Shown piece by piece: positions 15,077-33,451 of a stretch of 64,000 bases of DNA. The DNA is from Eledone cirrhosa (taxonomy: Eukaryota), in the NCBI GenBank assembly GCA_964016885.1, contig OZ024748.1, positions 22,506,001-22,570,000 of the forward strand. Reading direction: 5' to 3'. The notes beneath the pieces were generated by a model, which was given only the letters and a program-made list of their open reading frames with translations, did not search any database and was not told the origin of the DNA. Both the position numbers and the translations under genes were made by a program. The stretch's first letter is position 1. Every line of letters starts with the position of its first letter.

Positions 15077-15157
15077 CTTCTTCTTCTTCTTCTTCTTCTT
15101 CTTCACCCACACATTCCTGGGAGGCTCGTGTTGGGAGGTCCTTAAGCACGCCTTGAC

Positions 15158-15192
15158 TCTTGACGTTTCGGACGTTGATCCTTCATCAGAAT
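15158..15192 (-). ncRNA. Minimal hammerhead motif
   Basis: tt-CTGATGA-aggatcaacgtcc-GAAACGTC-aa; palindromic ACGT stem III as in minimal, dimer-type PLE HHRs. Confidence 0.62.
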
Positions 15193-15384
15193 ATAGAATG
15201 AAAAATAAAAGAAAATAAATCAATTTACAGGAGAAAAGATGCGGAAGTAGTGGGAAAAAAGTTTTGGGAGAAAAAGTACGTAAGTATTGAATGCACCATA
15301 TACATATATAAATATATATACATATATATATAGAGAATAGAAAACGAAAAATCAGTGATGCATCTGAACTCAATTTATTGTGTT

Positions 15385-15461
<77 letters not shown>

Positions 15462-15521
15462 AAAAGACAAACAGACACTAAAATATATTTTCCGTGTTAT
15501 TTCCAAATTCACCTTTTCTCA

Positions 15522-15668
<147 letters not shown>

Positions 15669-16324
15669 GAATTTGGAAATAGCACGGAAAATATATTTTA
15701 GGGTCTGTTTGTCTTTTTCTTTTTTTCCTTTCTTTGATTCATCAAACTGACATTATTGTAAAGATGACATTATTGAAAAAAGAGTTTTATAATGTATATA
15801 AAGTATTACCGGTTTCGATGTATTAGTAAAATTCATCTTACCAAATGTTGAGTTTTACAATTAAAAAGAATTAATAAGAATTATAAACTAAAAATTAAAG
15901 ATTTAAAATTAAGTGTTGGAGTAAGTATTTTTCCCCTCTTCCTTTCTCAGAAGTGGACTGGAGGATGAATTATTGTGTATAGAGAGAATGGGTAAGCATG
16001 ATAGTAGCAGTGGTGTTGGTAGTTGTTTTTCTTCACAGAACAAAATTGTTTTGGGGGAGCAAAGGAAATATTCTGTAAATATGTGTGTGTATATCTGATT
16101 GTGTTAATTGGCTGGTCAAGAGTTCAAATAAGGATGGGGAATTGTAAGCTAGAGACAAATTTGATGGCAGTAGTAGGGTTGTAAAAAAAATTCTACTAAT
16201 GTGTGGGGGGGAGGTTCAGTCTGTCTGTCACAGTTCCCTTTGTGGTGGGAAATTCAAAAAATCTTTTCTTCAAAATTTAAAAATTCTTAAAACTTAAAAA
16301 ATTCTTTCAAAATATATATTGAAT

Positions 16325-16611
16325 GGAAGGCATTCCGTCGGTTACGACTAAGAGTGTTCCAGTTGATCTGATCAATTGAACAACCTGCAAGTGGCTGAGC
16401 ATTCTACAGACACGCGTACACTTATCGTGGCTCTCAGGGAGATTCAGCGACACTGAATATGACAAGGTTGACTCTTCGAATTACAGGTACAACTCATTTT
16501 TACCAACTGAGTGGACTGGAGCAACGTGAATTATGTGTCTTGCTCAAGGACACAACGCGCCGCCGGGAATAGAACTCAAGAACTTACGATTGTAAGCCGA
16601 ATACCCTAACC
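16325..16611 (-). mobile_element. SINE family B
   Basis: Shares gcaagtggctgagcattctaca...gagcaacgtgaa...gtcttgctcaaggacacaac with 1780-2033. Confidence 0.78.
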
Positions 16612-16922
16612 CCAAAAGGCAAAGTTAACCTCGGCAGGATTTGAACTCAGAACATAAAGGGCCATAGCTCTATGCTACAAAGGGTGGGGTCCGATGCTCT
16701 ACCGATACTACCAATCCGCTATCCTATTTATATATAATAGTTTCTACTTTAGGCACAAGGCCAGCAATTACCCAGTGCATTACTGGTACTTTATTTTATC
16801 GACCCCGTAAGGATGAAAGGCAAAGTCAACCTCGGCGGGATTTGAACTCAGATCGTAAAGGGACGTAACTATGCTAGAAAGCATGGCGTCCGACCCTCTA
16901 CCGATACTGCCAATCCACCGCC
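16612..16922 (-). mobile_element. Two SINE family A copies (one partial, one full)
   Basis: Consensus matches at ~16612-16720 and ~16738-16922; tttatatataat flanks the second copy. Confidence 0.85.
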
Positions 16923-17174
16923 CTAATTTATATATAATGGATCTGAGAGTGATGTTTGTCTTTTTGCCGAAACAATTGTCAGGAATGAAATGATTTAATT
17001 TCACACTAACGATAGTTGTTCTTCTTGTTTAGCTGTTTGCCAACCCATATCCGGTATATCGATGGTTACACACACATTCTAGACATGACCACTCCGTTGA
17101 CCTTTTTATTATTTAAGGCGGTAGGAGGGCGTTGGATTGGTAGTATCGGTAGAGCATTGGACACCCTACTTCGT

Positions 17175-17263
<89 letters not shown>

Positions 17264-17346
17264 AAGGTAAACAGAAATAGCAACACAATCGGTACAGTAT
17301 ATGGAAGGAATATATTAGTTTAACGCTTGAAATAGCAAGAAGATGG

Positions 17347-17381
17347 TCCTAACATTTCGGACGCTAGTCGTTCATCAGAAG
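17347..17381 (-). ncRNA. Minimal hammerhead motif (degenerate)
   Basis: tt-CTGATGA-acgactagcgtcc-GAAATGTTA-gg. Confidence 0.5.
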
Positions 17382-17475
17382 AAAAAATGAGAAATTAGAA
17401 AAATTTCTAAAGTATATCATAGACAAAACGCCAGCATCAACAGTTTTCTAAGAGATGGCAACATGAATGGACCTA

Positions 17476-17512
<37 letters not shown>

Positions 17513-18296
17513 AGTTATGGGATCTTTATCCTCATTCTTTAACCATATATTCTTAGATAATTCTCTAGTCGCTAGGAGAGTATATAGTTACACATATCTT
17601 CTATAGTTGACAGCGTTACTTATATTACTCATTTCTCTGAGCTAGCAATGTCGCCAACCTATCTAATCCTAGAACTATCAACATATACAGGATCTAACGC
17701 CGAAATGATTTAGTGTATCAATCAATTTCAGGATTTCAAAAAAAAAAAAAAAAAAAAATTTTATTTCTGGGTTTAATTCCAACGATAATCTCTAACGAAA
17801 GCTTTCATCAAAAGAAACAAGTTGGATGGTTTTCTGTAAAATGTCACGCCATCACTAACCAAATTAGTTGTCTAGTAACTGGGTCACGCTCGAGAATTTT
17901 TGAGAATCATTTAGCTTCTGATGTGGGGCTGTCCGATGTTATTTGGATCTCTGACAAGAACACCCTATCAACTGACACTCAAACAATACTTGCTCAATTT
18001 ATAACCATCAAGAATATTAACAAAACAAACATAGATTAGTGGATTTTCAGTTTTAGAAGGAGTAAACATATAGCAAAGTGAAACTATCCATTTTCGCCCT
18101 TATCTTCGTCTTCAAATCTCTTTATTTTGTCTAGAATCTCTAACGACGTGCTAATTGCAACGTTTTGGATTTGTCACGGTGAGGTGGAATGGTTCGGCAC
18201 ATGAAATTCATCTCTTTTAAGATACATGACAACATACAAAGCGTTTTATAGTCTGTCATATGCAGTTAATATATGGTTACTTTAACGAATCTAAAT

Positions 18297-18316
18297 TGTA
18301 GTAGTAGTAGTAGTAC

Positions 18317-18367
<51 letters not shown>

Positions 18368-18424
18368 CAGCAGCAGCAGCAGAAGCAGCAGTAGTAGTAG
18401 CAGTAGCAGCACCAACAGCAGCAA

Positions 18425-18475
<51 letters not shown>

Positions 18476-18529
18476 CAGCAGCAGCAGCAGCAGAAGCAGC
18501 AGTAGCAGTAGCAGCACCAACAGCAGCAA

Positions 18530-18561
<32 letters not shown>

Positions 18562-18581
18562 GTAGTAGTAGTAGTAGTAGT
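18297..18581. repeat. (AGT)n/(AGC)n trinucleotide array with an internal duplication
   Basis: Direct reading; the block agcagaagcagcagtag..accaacagcagcaatag occurs twice. Confidence 0.95.
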
Positions 18582-18676
18582 GACATAGAAAAAGATGAAA
18601 AACGAGAAGAAAATTGATGATAATGATAATGATGATGATGATGATGATTGTCAACATCAATTAAATGAATGAATGA

Positions 18677-18748
<72 letters not shown>

Positions 18749-19084
18749 GCATATATATATGTATATATATGTGTGTGTGTATATATATGTGTATATATAT
18801 GTGTGTGTGTGTGTGTGTGTCCCACCTGTTCTATCACTAGCACTACGGTAACAACAGTCACACTAATGCTGCTACTATTACAGCTATCACTATCAGCCCC
18901 ACCCCACAACTAACCCCAATAATACTCCCGCCAAATCCGATAGCAACACTTCTTCCTTTTCTTCTTCTCCTTCATTATCGTCTCCTTCTTCCTCTTCTTT
19001 TCTTCTTCTTCTTTACTTCTTCTTCTTTTCTTCTTCTTCTTCTTCTTCTTCTTCTTCTTCTTCTTCTTCTTCTTCTTCTTCTTC

Positions 19085-19119
<35 letters not shown>

Positions 19120-19245
19120 TATCATTATCAGCCATTATACTACATTAGACATCACCGTAGCCAATTATTATCTCATTACACTTCGCATTTCTTTTTTCTT
19201 CTTTAGCTCAACCCCAACCACTTCCGTCCTTTATCCATCTACCTA

Positions 19246-23263
<4,018 letters not shown>

Positions 23264-23344
23264 ATACAGAGAGAGAGAACTACATCTCCCCAAGTATCGA
23301 GTACTCACATGATTAGTGGTCTCTCCTCGGTCTCATCACCGCAG

Positions 23345-23386
<42 letters not shown>

Positions 23387-24019
23387 GCTCTCCCTCTCTC
23401 TCTCTCTCTCTTTGTATATATATATCTATATATATAGCTCTCCGTTTTCTTCTACTCTCCTCTACACATCGTTGTGCTCCTCTATCACCTCAACCCCACC
23501 CACCCACCCACTCCCACCACCACCTTACCACCACCTTACCATCATCATCACCACCACCACCACCACCACAACCACCGCCACCACCTTAAATAAGGCTAAA
23601 TTGTGTCTATTGCCCTTTGTCCTCAATTAGTAATTCTATCCCGTTTCCTACTTTTCTTCTTCTTCATCTTCTCCTTCTCCTCTCCCCCTTTCAACTCTCC
23701 CACCCTCCCACCAGCTTCATTTCTCATCTTCCTTCTCTTTCTCCTTCTTTTTCTCCTTCTCTATCTTTCGATTATTCTTCTTCTTCGTCATTTTCTCCTC
23801 CTCCACCACCTCCTCCACCTCCTCCACCTCCTCCACCTCCTCCTCCACCGCATCCTCTTCCTCCCCCTCCCACCATCTTCATCCTCTTTCTCCTTCTCTA
23901 TCTTTCCATTATTCTAAGAATTGTTAATTGTTTCTTTTCCGCAATTTTTAACTTTTTTTCCTTCTTCTTTACCCTTCCTTGCTTTCCTTTCTTTCTTTAT
24001 TATGACTTCTTTACTTTGC

Positions 24020-24021
24020 TT

Positions 24022-24052
<31 letters not shown>

Positions 24053-24290
24053 CGCTGTTGTCGTTGTTGTTGTTGTTGTTGTTGTTGTTATTGTTGTTGT
24101 TGCTGTTATTGTTGTTGTTGTTGTAGTTGTTGCTGTTGTTGTTATAGTTGCTGTTGTTGTTGTTGTTGTTATTGTTGTTATTGTTGCTGTTGTTGTTATA
24201 GTTGCTGTTGTTGTTGTTGTTGTTGTCATTGTCGTTGTTGTTGTTGTTGTTTTTGTCGTTGTTGTTGTTGTTGTTATAGTTGTTGTTTTC
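24020..24290. repeat. (TTG)n-rich microsatellite
   Basis: Direct reading. Confidence 0.95.
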
Positions 24291-24769
24291 TCTACTTTTG
24301 TTTCTCTATTCTCTGAAGTTTTTACTCTCAATCGTCTCCCTATATCTGTGTCCTGGCCTGGTTGGTGAAGCGTGCGACCACAATGGGGTTACACATGAAT
24401 TGTTAGACACGCACATACACATGCAAAGACACACACACACACACACTCACACACACACACACACACACACAGATTATCATATACTTACAAACGCAAACGC
24501 AGACATAAGCACACAGGCACGTGTATGTATATATATATATATATATATATAAAGATGTATATATACATATATGTATATATATAAACATGTATGTATATAT
24601 ACATATATATATATGTATGTATGTAAACATGTATGTGTGTATATATATTATATATATATGTAAACATGCATGTGTGTGTATATATATATATGTATGTATG
24701 TAAACATGTATATATATATGTATGTATGTGTGTGTGTATTATGCGTGTATGCATGTATGTAATGTATGC

Positions 24770-24817
<48 letters not shown>

Positions 24818-24902
24818 ATGCATATATATATATATATGTGTGTGTGTGTATGTGTGTGTGCGCGCGCGCGACTTTATGTATGCATGTACATATATGCATG
24901 TA

Positions 24903-24933
<31 letters not shown>

Positions 24934-25499
24934 GTGTGTGCGTGATTATGTGTGTACTGTCATCAAAGACAGCAGAGAACAGCGTATATCTTGCAAATGA
25001 TTGGTCATCTTTCAAAAACCTATATCCGATTGTATATATTATTGTTTCCCTAATATTCTCTCTTCATCCATGTTTGCTTTTGTTTTTTTCTTCCACCTTA
25101 TCCTCCTCATCATCATCATCATCATCATCCTCATTCTTCTCCCTACCACCACCACCACCACCACCACCACCACCACCACCACCACCACCCTCCACAGCTT
25201 CCTCCCCTCCGCCTCCTAACCCTCTTCTTCTTCTTCTTCTTCTAGTACTTGTATTAGTGAATAGTAGTAGCTTTATGGATTTCATTTGAAATCTTGAAAG
25301 CTCTTTGTGAGTAGTGTCTTATGTTACACACATAAATCTTGAATCATTGGTTCACAGTAAATTTCCTTACGCCGCTATTCATCTATCTTAGCTACCGCCG
25401 GTTTGAACAGGTGAACGGCATACGGGAAGCACAACCGCGCATTTTAGGACCTAATACTTTAATAAATAAATAAATAACAACAACATCAGTAATAATGAT

Positions 25500-26461
25500 A
25501 ATTGTTTCTACTTTTGGCACAAGGCCAGCAATTACTCACTACATTACTGGTACTTTATTTTATCGACCCCGTAAGGATGAAAGGCAAAGTCAACCTCGGC
25601 GGGATTTGAACTCAGATCGTAAAGCATGGCGTCCGACCCTCTACCGATACTGCCAATCCAACAACATCAGTAATAATAATTGTTTCTACTTTTGGCACAA
25701 GGCCAGCAATTACCCAGTGCATTACTGGTACTTTATTTTATCGACCCCGTAAGGATGAAAGGCAAAGTTAACCTCGGCGGGATTTGTACTCAGAGTGGTA
25801 AGGGCCGTAACTATGCTGGAAAGCATGGCGTCCGACCCTCTACAGGTTCAGTCATAATTGTTTCTACTTTTGGCACAAGGCCAGCAATTACCCAGTGCAT
25901 TACTGGTACTTTATTTTATCGACCCCGTAAGGATGAAAGGCAAAGTTAACCTCGGCGGGATTTGTACTCAGAGTGGTAAGGGCCGTACCTCTATGCGTCA
26001 AAGTATGGCGTCCGGCCCTCTACCGCTACTGCCAATCCACTGCCAGTCCACCGCCCCTCAATAATAATAATAATTGTTTCTACTTTTGGCACAAGGCCAG
26101 CAATTACTCAGTACCGATACTGCCAATCCACCGCCATAACAATAATGATTTCTAGTACAGGCACAAGGCCAGTAGTTTGGAGGGAGGGGAACGTTGATTA
26201 AATCGAACCCAGTACGTTACTGGTGCTTTATTTTATTGACCCCGTAAGGATGAAAGACAAAGTTAACCTCGGCGGAATTTGAACTCAGACCATAAAGGAC
26301 CGTAACTCTGTGCTGCAAAGCATGGCGTCCAGCCCTCTACCGGTACTGCCAATCCACCGCCATAATAATAATAATAATTGTTTCTACTTTAGGCACAAGG
26401 CCAGCAAATACCAAGTGCATTACTGGTACTTTATTTTATCGACCCCGTAAGGATGAAAGGC
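25500..26461 (-). mobile_element. Tandem cluster of about six SINE family A copies and fragments
   Basis: Repeated ttgtttctacttttggcacaaggccagc tails at ~25502, 25681, 25858, 26073, 26150 and 26378. Confidence 0.88.
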
Positions 26462-27015
26462 ATGATTTCATTTATTGGCCACAAGGGCCGACATATATGG
26501 CACAATACAAAGACAGCGACGGTGGTGGTGGTAGTGAGAGGGGGTTACAATGAAATTGAGTGAAAATACACAATAACAAAAGCAATTAACAATGAAAAAA
26601 TGAAAATATAAAATATATAAAAATATAACAAATAAATTCCCCAATAGGAAGGTGAGCCACCCAGGAGCAACTCGTGTACCCCACTAATCCTGAAACACCC
26701 GACGCTTTGAGGGCACCCGGGAAACGCATCCCTCTCCTCTTTAAGTTAACCAGCCTACGGGCCATTTTTACCACATTCACCCACCTTTGAGCAAATGCTC
26801 TGGGGGCAGCACTTACCCAGGGGCAACTCGTGTACCCCACTAATCCTGAAACACCCGACGCTTCGAGGGCACCCGGGAAACGCATCCCTCTCCTCTTTAA
26901 GTTAACCAGCCTACGGGCCATTTTTACCACATTCACCCACCTTTGAGCAAATGTTCTGGGGGCAGCACTTCTCACTCCACTCTCGCCTACCTTTCCAAAT
27001 GAAACTTGAAAAAGT
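26462..27015 (-). mobile_element. L1/Tx1-like LINE 3' end with a 156-bp tandem duplication
   Basis: FAQRWVNVVKMA C-terminal motif twice; duplicate units start at 26659 and 26815; T-rich 3' UTR with aataaa on the minus strand. Confidence 0.5.
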
Positions 27016-27021
27016 TGAATA

Positions 27022-27190
27022 ATTGTTTCTACTTTTGGCACAAGGCCAGCAATTACCCCAGTACATTACTGGTGCTTTATTTTATCGACCCCGTAAGAAT
27101 GAAAGACAAAGTTGGGATTTGAACTCAGAATGTATAGGGCCATAACTATTTGCTGCAAAGCATGATGTCTGACGCTCTACCGATTCTGAT
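27022..27190 (-). mobile_element. SINE family A
   Basis: Consensus match with an internal deletion. Confidence 0.8.
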
Positions 27191-27711
27191 ACAAGTACGA
27201 ACTAGAGTACCGCGATTTTGATTAGTCCTGCAAAAGGCTGAAGTAAAACAAATATCAGACATCCTGTTTCTTTTTCAGATCACAAGTCATTAACCAAGCA
27301 TTGGTAACCCATCCCTTTTGAGATATTACACGCACATCAAGCATACACACACATACATACACACACACTCACGTGTGTGTATGTGTACATATATGTGCAC
27401 ACACACCCTTATACACATACACATACACGGATGTGTGTGTGTCTGTGTAAGTGTGTGTGAATGTGTAATCAAGACCGTCAATTACCTAAACGTAAAATCA
27501 GCAAGAACGAACCAAAGCTATCCAAACGTGGCCCATAAACCCACATACGACCTCACTCACCAGACATATAGAGCGCAAGGGAAGTAAAAATCACGTTCGA
27601 CAATGTCCAAACCCTCCCGGCAAATCATTCTCTGGTTGGCATGGAGATGAGTAACGACGTTATCAGGCTGCACCGTTCGAATGACAAAGTTTCTATAAGA
27701 TAATATATATG

Positions 27712-27778
<67 letters not shown>

Positions 27779-27786
27779 ATATGTAT

Positions 27787-27870
<84 letters not shown>

Positions 27871-28021
27871 ATACTTTGGGAGGGTCATGTTGCCAATAAG
27901 AAACACACGCACCAGTTGCTTTCACTTCAATTTATTATAAATTTACAAATCCAAAGTATAACAATATCGGTTTCAACACACGATTTCAGATAAAGAATCT
28001 TGCTAAACAAATTCAGAAACG

Positions 28022-28146
<125 letters not shown>

Positions 28147-28835
28147 TTACAGGGCTAGAACTGTTTTATTTAAAGGAAATCATCAAGGCTTTCCTGGTGA
28201 TTTCCTTTGAATGGAACAGCTCTAGCCATTTCTATATTAAATATTTATACTCTGCTATGTATTGAGTACCTTACTTACTGAACCGGGGATACACACACGC
28301 ACACACACACAATATATATATATATATATACATATATATTTATTAAAACTAAACTTCGGTATTGAGTACTCGTTCCTCTCAGCAATCAACCACATACGGG
28401 TATATATATATGGATGACGGCTGAGAATCTAGTATTCAATACCGAAGTATAGTTTTAATATTCATTTATTAAGGCTAAATAGTGAGTCTTGTTACTGCGG
28501 AGTTTCGCCTGTTTATCACAGGTTCAACTTGTCTGATTACTCTTTTATAAACAGGCAAAACTCCAGAGTAGCATAACTCACTATATAGTATATATATGAT
28601 TGATTTTGTGTGATTGGGGTAAGTTAGATATTTTAATACTCGGTTTCAGTCGGACATTATGGGAACTAGTACTTTCATAGTTTGTGCTGTTAATGGTACA
28701 CGTCTGTACTCCTACTCAAAAGGATGAAAAGCATAGTTGACCTCAGCGGGTTTTGAACTCAGAGAGCGCTGAAAGTTGAAACGAATATCGCGCCTATGGT
28801 TTACTTTATCTTACGATATCAAACTATAATCAGAT

Positions 28836-29115
28836 CTATCTATGGTTTACTGTGTCTGACAAGACCAAGCTACAATCGTATCTATGGTTTACTGTGTCTG
28901 ACAAGACCAAGCTACAATCGTATCTATGGTTTACTGTGTCTGACAAGACCAAGCTACAATCGTATCTATGGTTTACTGTGTCTGACAAGACCAAGCTACA
29001 ATCGTATCTATGGTTTACTGTGTCTGACAAGACCAAGCTACAATCGTATCTATGGTTTACTGTGTCTGACAAGACCAAGCTACAATCGTATCTATGGTTT
29101 ACTGTGTCTGACAAG
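28836..29115. repeat. 42-bp tandem repeat, ~6.7 identical copies
   Basis: tatctatggtttactgtgtctgacaagaccaagctacaatcg. Confidence 0.97.
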
Positions 29116-29945
29116 ATCCTAAAATAAGAACGCTTAAAATTAGAAATGCGTTCAAAAACTCGTGACTCAATCGATGAAAAAAGTATGGATGAAATAGCGA
29201 GGATAGTTTTTAAGTAGATTCAGTACAGAAATAACGGTTATGTGTCTGTCTGTTTTCATGTGGGGGGGGGGGGTATGTGTATGTGTGTGTATGTGTGTGT
29301 GTGTGCGTGTGTCTGTGCGCGCGCAGCTGTTTAGAAAGGAATGAGAAAGACTTAGAATTTCAGTACAAGAAGGCTTTATTTATTTATGCGTACCTTTGTT
29401 AAGGAATCGTTCAGTTTTTGGTAATCTTAAATAAACACAGAATATTTGCTATTCCGAATACTTACGAACCATTCTTTAAACACTTGCAATATTCTCCAAG
29501 AGAATAATTAATGATTTTCTTGTTTTGCTTTTATTTTGGGGATTTTTTTTGTTTGTTTGTTTGTTTTTATTGTTGTTGTTGTTTTTGTCGGTGTAATCCC
29601 AATTTATGGAACAATATTTATAAATGCCTCAACAACTTAACTGCAAAACATCTTAAAAGATGAAGCAATTCTGGCGAGTATATTGGAAAGTTGTTGGTCG
29701 GTGAAGGCAGACATTAGAGAGAGGTACCCAAGTTGGCATAAGTACAGACACTAAAATATGTCGAGATGAGAGAAGAATCGTTAAGAATCACTTCTGGATA
29801 AACGATCAGGGTTTGCTCGTCCGAAAGAAACGTGCAATATTATTTTACGGCAGAAATTTACAGAGGTCTGTAAATCGAGGATAAATAAACATAGCACATA
29901 GACAGTTACGGACACTTAGTGAAACGCACGCAAAATACACCCCTT

Positions 29946-30055
29946 ATACACACACACACACACATACACACAGACACACACATATTCACATAGACACACG
30001 GACAAACATACATATATATATATGCATATATATATATATGAATATATATATATAT

Positions 30056-30125
<70 letters not shown>

Positions 30126-30152
30126 GCACATCTACACACACACACTCTCAAA

Positions 30153-30193
<41 letters not shown>

Positions 30194-30469
30194 ACAGACA
30201 CACAGACACACACACATTCACACAGACACACGGACAAACATACATATATATATATGCATATATATATATATAAATATATATATATATCTATACACATATA
30301 TATATATATATATATATACACGCACATCTACACACACACACTCTCAAAGACACACACACATACACACACACACATACACACACAGACACACACACATTCA
30401 CACAGACACACGGACAAACATACATATATATATGCATATATATATATATGAATATATATATATATATAT

Positions 30470-30505
<36 letters not shown>

Positions 30506-30730
30506 GCACATCTACACACACACACTCTCAAAGACACACACACACACACACACACACATACACACAGACACACAGACACACAGACATTCACACAGACACA
30601 CGGACAAACATACATATATATATATGCATATTTATGAATATATATATATATATACACACACATATATATATATATATATACACGCACATCTACACACACA
30701 CACTCTCAAAGACACACACACACACACACA
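29946..30730. repeat. Tandem ~180-195 bp units built from microsatellite mosaics
   Basis: Anchor cgcacatctacacacacacactctcaaagac recurs at ~30125, 30321, 30504 and 30683. Confidence 0.85.
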
Positions 30731-30739
30731 TACATACAG

Positions 30740-30773
<34 letters not shown>

Positions 30774-31499
30774 TACAATCACGCATATATATATATATAT
30801 TAGGTATATATACACACACACAGAGACACACACACACACACATATGTATATAAATATATTTATGAAATATATGAAATATATGAAATATAAGAATCAAAGA
30901 ACTGTTCAAAACATTATTGTGCTTACAGCTGTTTCCTCCAATACAATACTGCCTACCACTATTTAGGGTGTGTGTAAAATACTTACAACTGCTTAAGGTC
31001 TTGTATTTACATAACCATAAATAGTATAACTAATACTAAATATATTTATATATATTTGGTAGACAAGTATGATACTAGGTAATTCAATTTTGGTTGATCC
31101 AAGCGAGATAATAAACAGAGTGCTCATCGAGACTTAACAGGCAGTCGGGGCTATGATTTTATAACTAAGTGAATTAAACAAACGGGAAGAATGAGCATAA
31201 AATATACCATATGAAGAGAAAAATACGGAATATTTAACACAAGTTATTTGCCGAAACATCCACGTGTTTCGGTGATTATTCGATAAAATCAAAACAAGTA
31301 TTAGTGAAGTGTTTTAGTCGATTTAATTATTTGTGACACCCGCCAACCCACCAGAAAGGTTTAACATTGTAATTAGCTATTGTTATTGTGTGACAACATC
31401 TACGTATAGTAGATGCTCTTATACATACACGAGCTACTTAGAGCTTCCACAAACATAAACATTTACATACATTTGTGTATATAGATATGTGTTATATAA

Positions 31500-31593
<94 letters not shown>

Positions 31594-31725
31594 GTAATCT
31601 GAGCTTTTCGAATATTAATAATAACATTCGATTCGTTTGCAATTATGCAAACAAGCCTCAATTTTATAGCCATGTCAGTAAAATGAAGCCTTCATTCTTG
31701 CTCTTCTGTTGGCATGTGAACAGAA

Positions 31726-31769
31726 CTGCAGACACTAATGTTTCTGGGTATCACCCTTCATCAGTACAG
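31726..31769 (-). ncRNA. Complete canonical hammerhead motif
   Basis: ctgta-CTGATGA-a ggg tgata ccc a-GAAA-ca ttag tg-TC-tgcag; stem I 5 bp (one G-U), GUC site. Confidence 0.72.
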
Positions 31770-32045
31770 CTCACTGTTCAGCTGCCAAACTGTCAGAGCT
31801 AGTGAAAAATATGCTATTTTCAAAAATACACAGTTATATACATTGCATATTATTTACATATATATATATATATTGAAATAACAAATTAAAGTTTAAGCAA
31901 AGAATCGCTGCTTTCACCCTTAACGGGATCTTCTGAAACTAAAGATCCCGTAAAAGGTGAACGCGGCGATTCTTTGCTTAAACTTTAATCTGTTATTTTA
32001 ATAAATATTTGCTCTACAGTTTTTTTATATATATTTATATATATA

Positions 32046-32350
32046 CTAGCCGAATTACCCGCGCCTTGCTGCGTTTCACACATTTTTTTTTGTAAGAAAT
32101 TGATGATTGATTTTAAATCAGTGATATAATTTATGGAGAAAAAGTCTACATTTCAATATTACTCAATGTAAAATGTAATGGATGAAAAATTAGAAAACAT
32201 TATTTTTTGTAATATATCAAATCAAAATTACATTATTAAATCTTATTCTTATTTTGTTTCTTGTAAATAATTTTTTTCAAAATATGGATTCAAAACTTTT
32301 GTGAATAGGCATCATATCTTGTCATTTACTGCGCATTTCAAAAACAAATA
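32046..32350 (-). mobile_element. Helitron 3' terminus fragment (inner boundary uncertain)
   Basis: Minus strand ...cgcagcaaggcgcgggtaattcgg-CTAG|T: a GC-rich imperfect hairpin followed by CTAG. Confidence 0.5.
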
Positions 32351-32419
32351 TCATCATGGGAAGTGCTACTTATCCGATATTTGCATTGCTTTATTGTGCT
32401 ACAATAAAACTCACCTCCT

Positions 32420-32459
<40 letters not shown>

Positions 32460-32461
<2 letters not shown>

Positions 32462-32598
32462 CGAAGGAAATGTGGTAAGGAACCAGGTGGACCATAACGC
32501 ACCAAAGTATTCAATACTTAGGGTAGTAGAGTGGGTAATAGGAACGAGTAGGACCCCGACGGCTGAGCTCAAGCCGTTTCGACGGCTAATTCTGGACT
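32460..32598 (-). mobile_element. F1 PLE terminal fragment in (TA)n
   Basis: Near-identical to 12841-12977. Confidence 0.85.
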
Positions 32599-33200
32599 AT
32601 ATATATATATAAGAGACGTAAGATAAGAAAATTATAAAATTAACTTACTTACTAAAATATCACTTCCAACTAATTAGTTTCTGGAATGGAGTAGATACAT
32701 CTTCCGAAGAAGGTGTGGAGAAACATCCCGTCATCAGGAAAGTCTATTCTCATATAAGTTTCCAGGCAAAGCGAGGATTCTGGAAGCTTATTAAAAAATA
32801 AATCAGTGAATAGGAAATAGCAAAGCGTGAACTTACTTCCTAGCCATTGAGAAAATCACTGCCTCTGTGTCTGTGGCAAATTCAAAAAGAATCGAACACG
32901 TGACATCGAGGTCAATCGGTGGAAAGTGGGTTGTTAATAAGACAGCGGCCAGCCTACTACCGTAGCAGCAGTCATGGCCAGTATTGCTCGACAAATATTT
33001 TGGAGATAATAATAAAGAATTTATATCTAGTAACATATATATACATACAAATGCATATCGATGCTAGCAAATATATAGGCTTTGTCTTAATAACATTGTG
33101 GTTCAATGCATGGGGTTGCAGAACAATAATATAAGAGACGTAAGATAAGAAAATTAGAGTCCAGAGTCCTCGCTTTGCCTGGAAACTTATATGAGAATAG

Positions 33201-33282
33201 ACTTTCCTGATGACGGGATGTTTCTCTACACCTTCTTCGGAAGATGTATCTACTCTATTCCAGAAACTAATTAGTTGGAAGT
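33201..33282 (+). ncRNA. Hammerhead with extended stem II (inverted copy on minus strand at 32662-32743)
   Basis: actttc-CTGATGA-cgggat..~40 nt..attcca-GAAA-ctaattag-TT-ggaagt. Confidence 0.68.
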
Positions 33283-33451
33283 GATATTTTAGTAAGTAAG
33301 TTAATTTTATGATTTTCTTATTTTACGTCTCTTATATTATTGTTCTGCAACCCCATGCATTGAACCACAATGTTATTAAGACAAAACCTATATATTTGCT
33401 AGCATCGATATGCATTTGTATGTATATATATGTTACTAGATATAAATTCTT

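Noticed and set aside
28836-29115. CRISPR-like regular repeat
   Set aside because: Identical units with no unique spacers, no cas genes, eukaryotic context.
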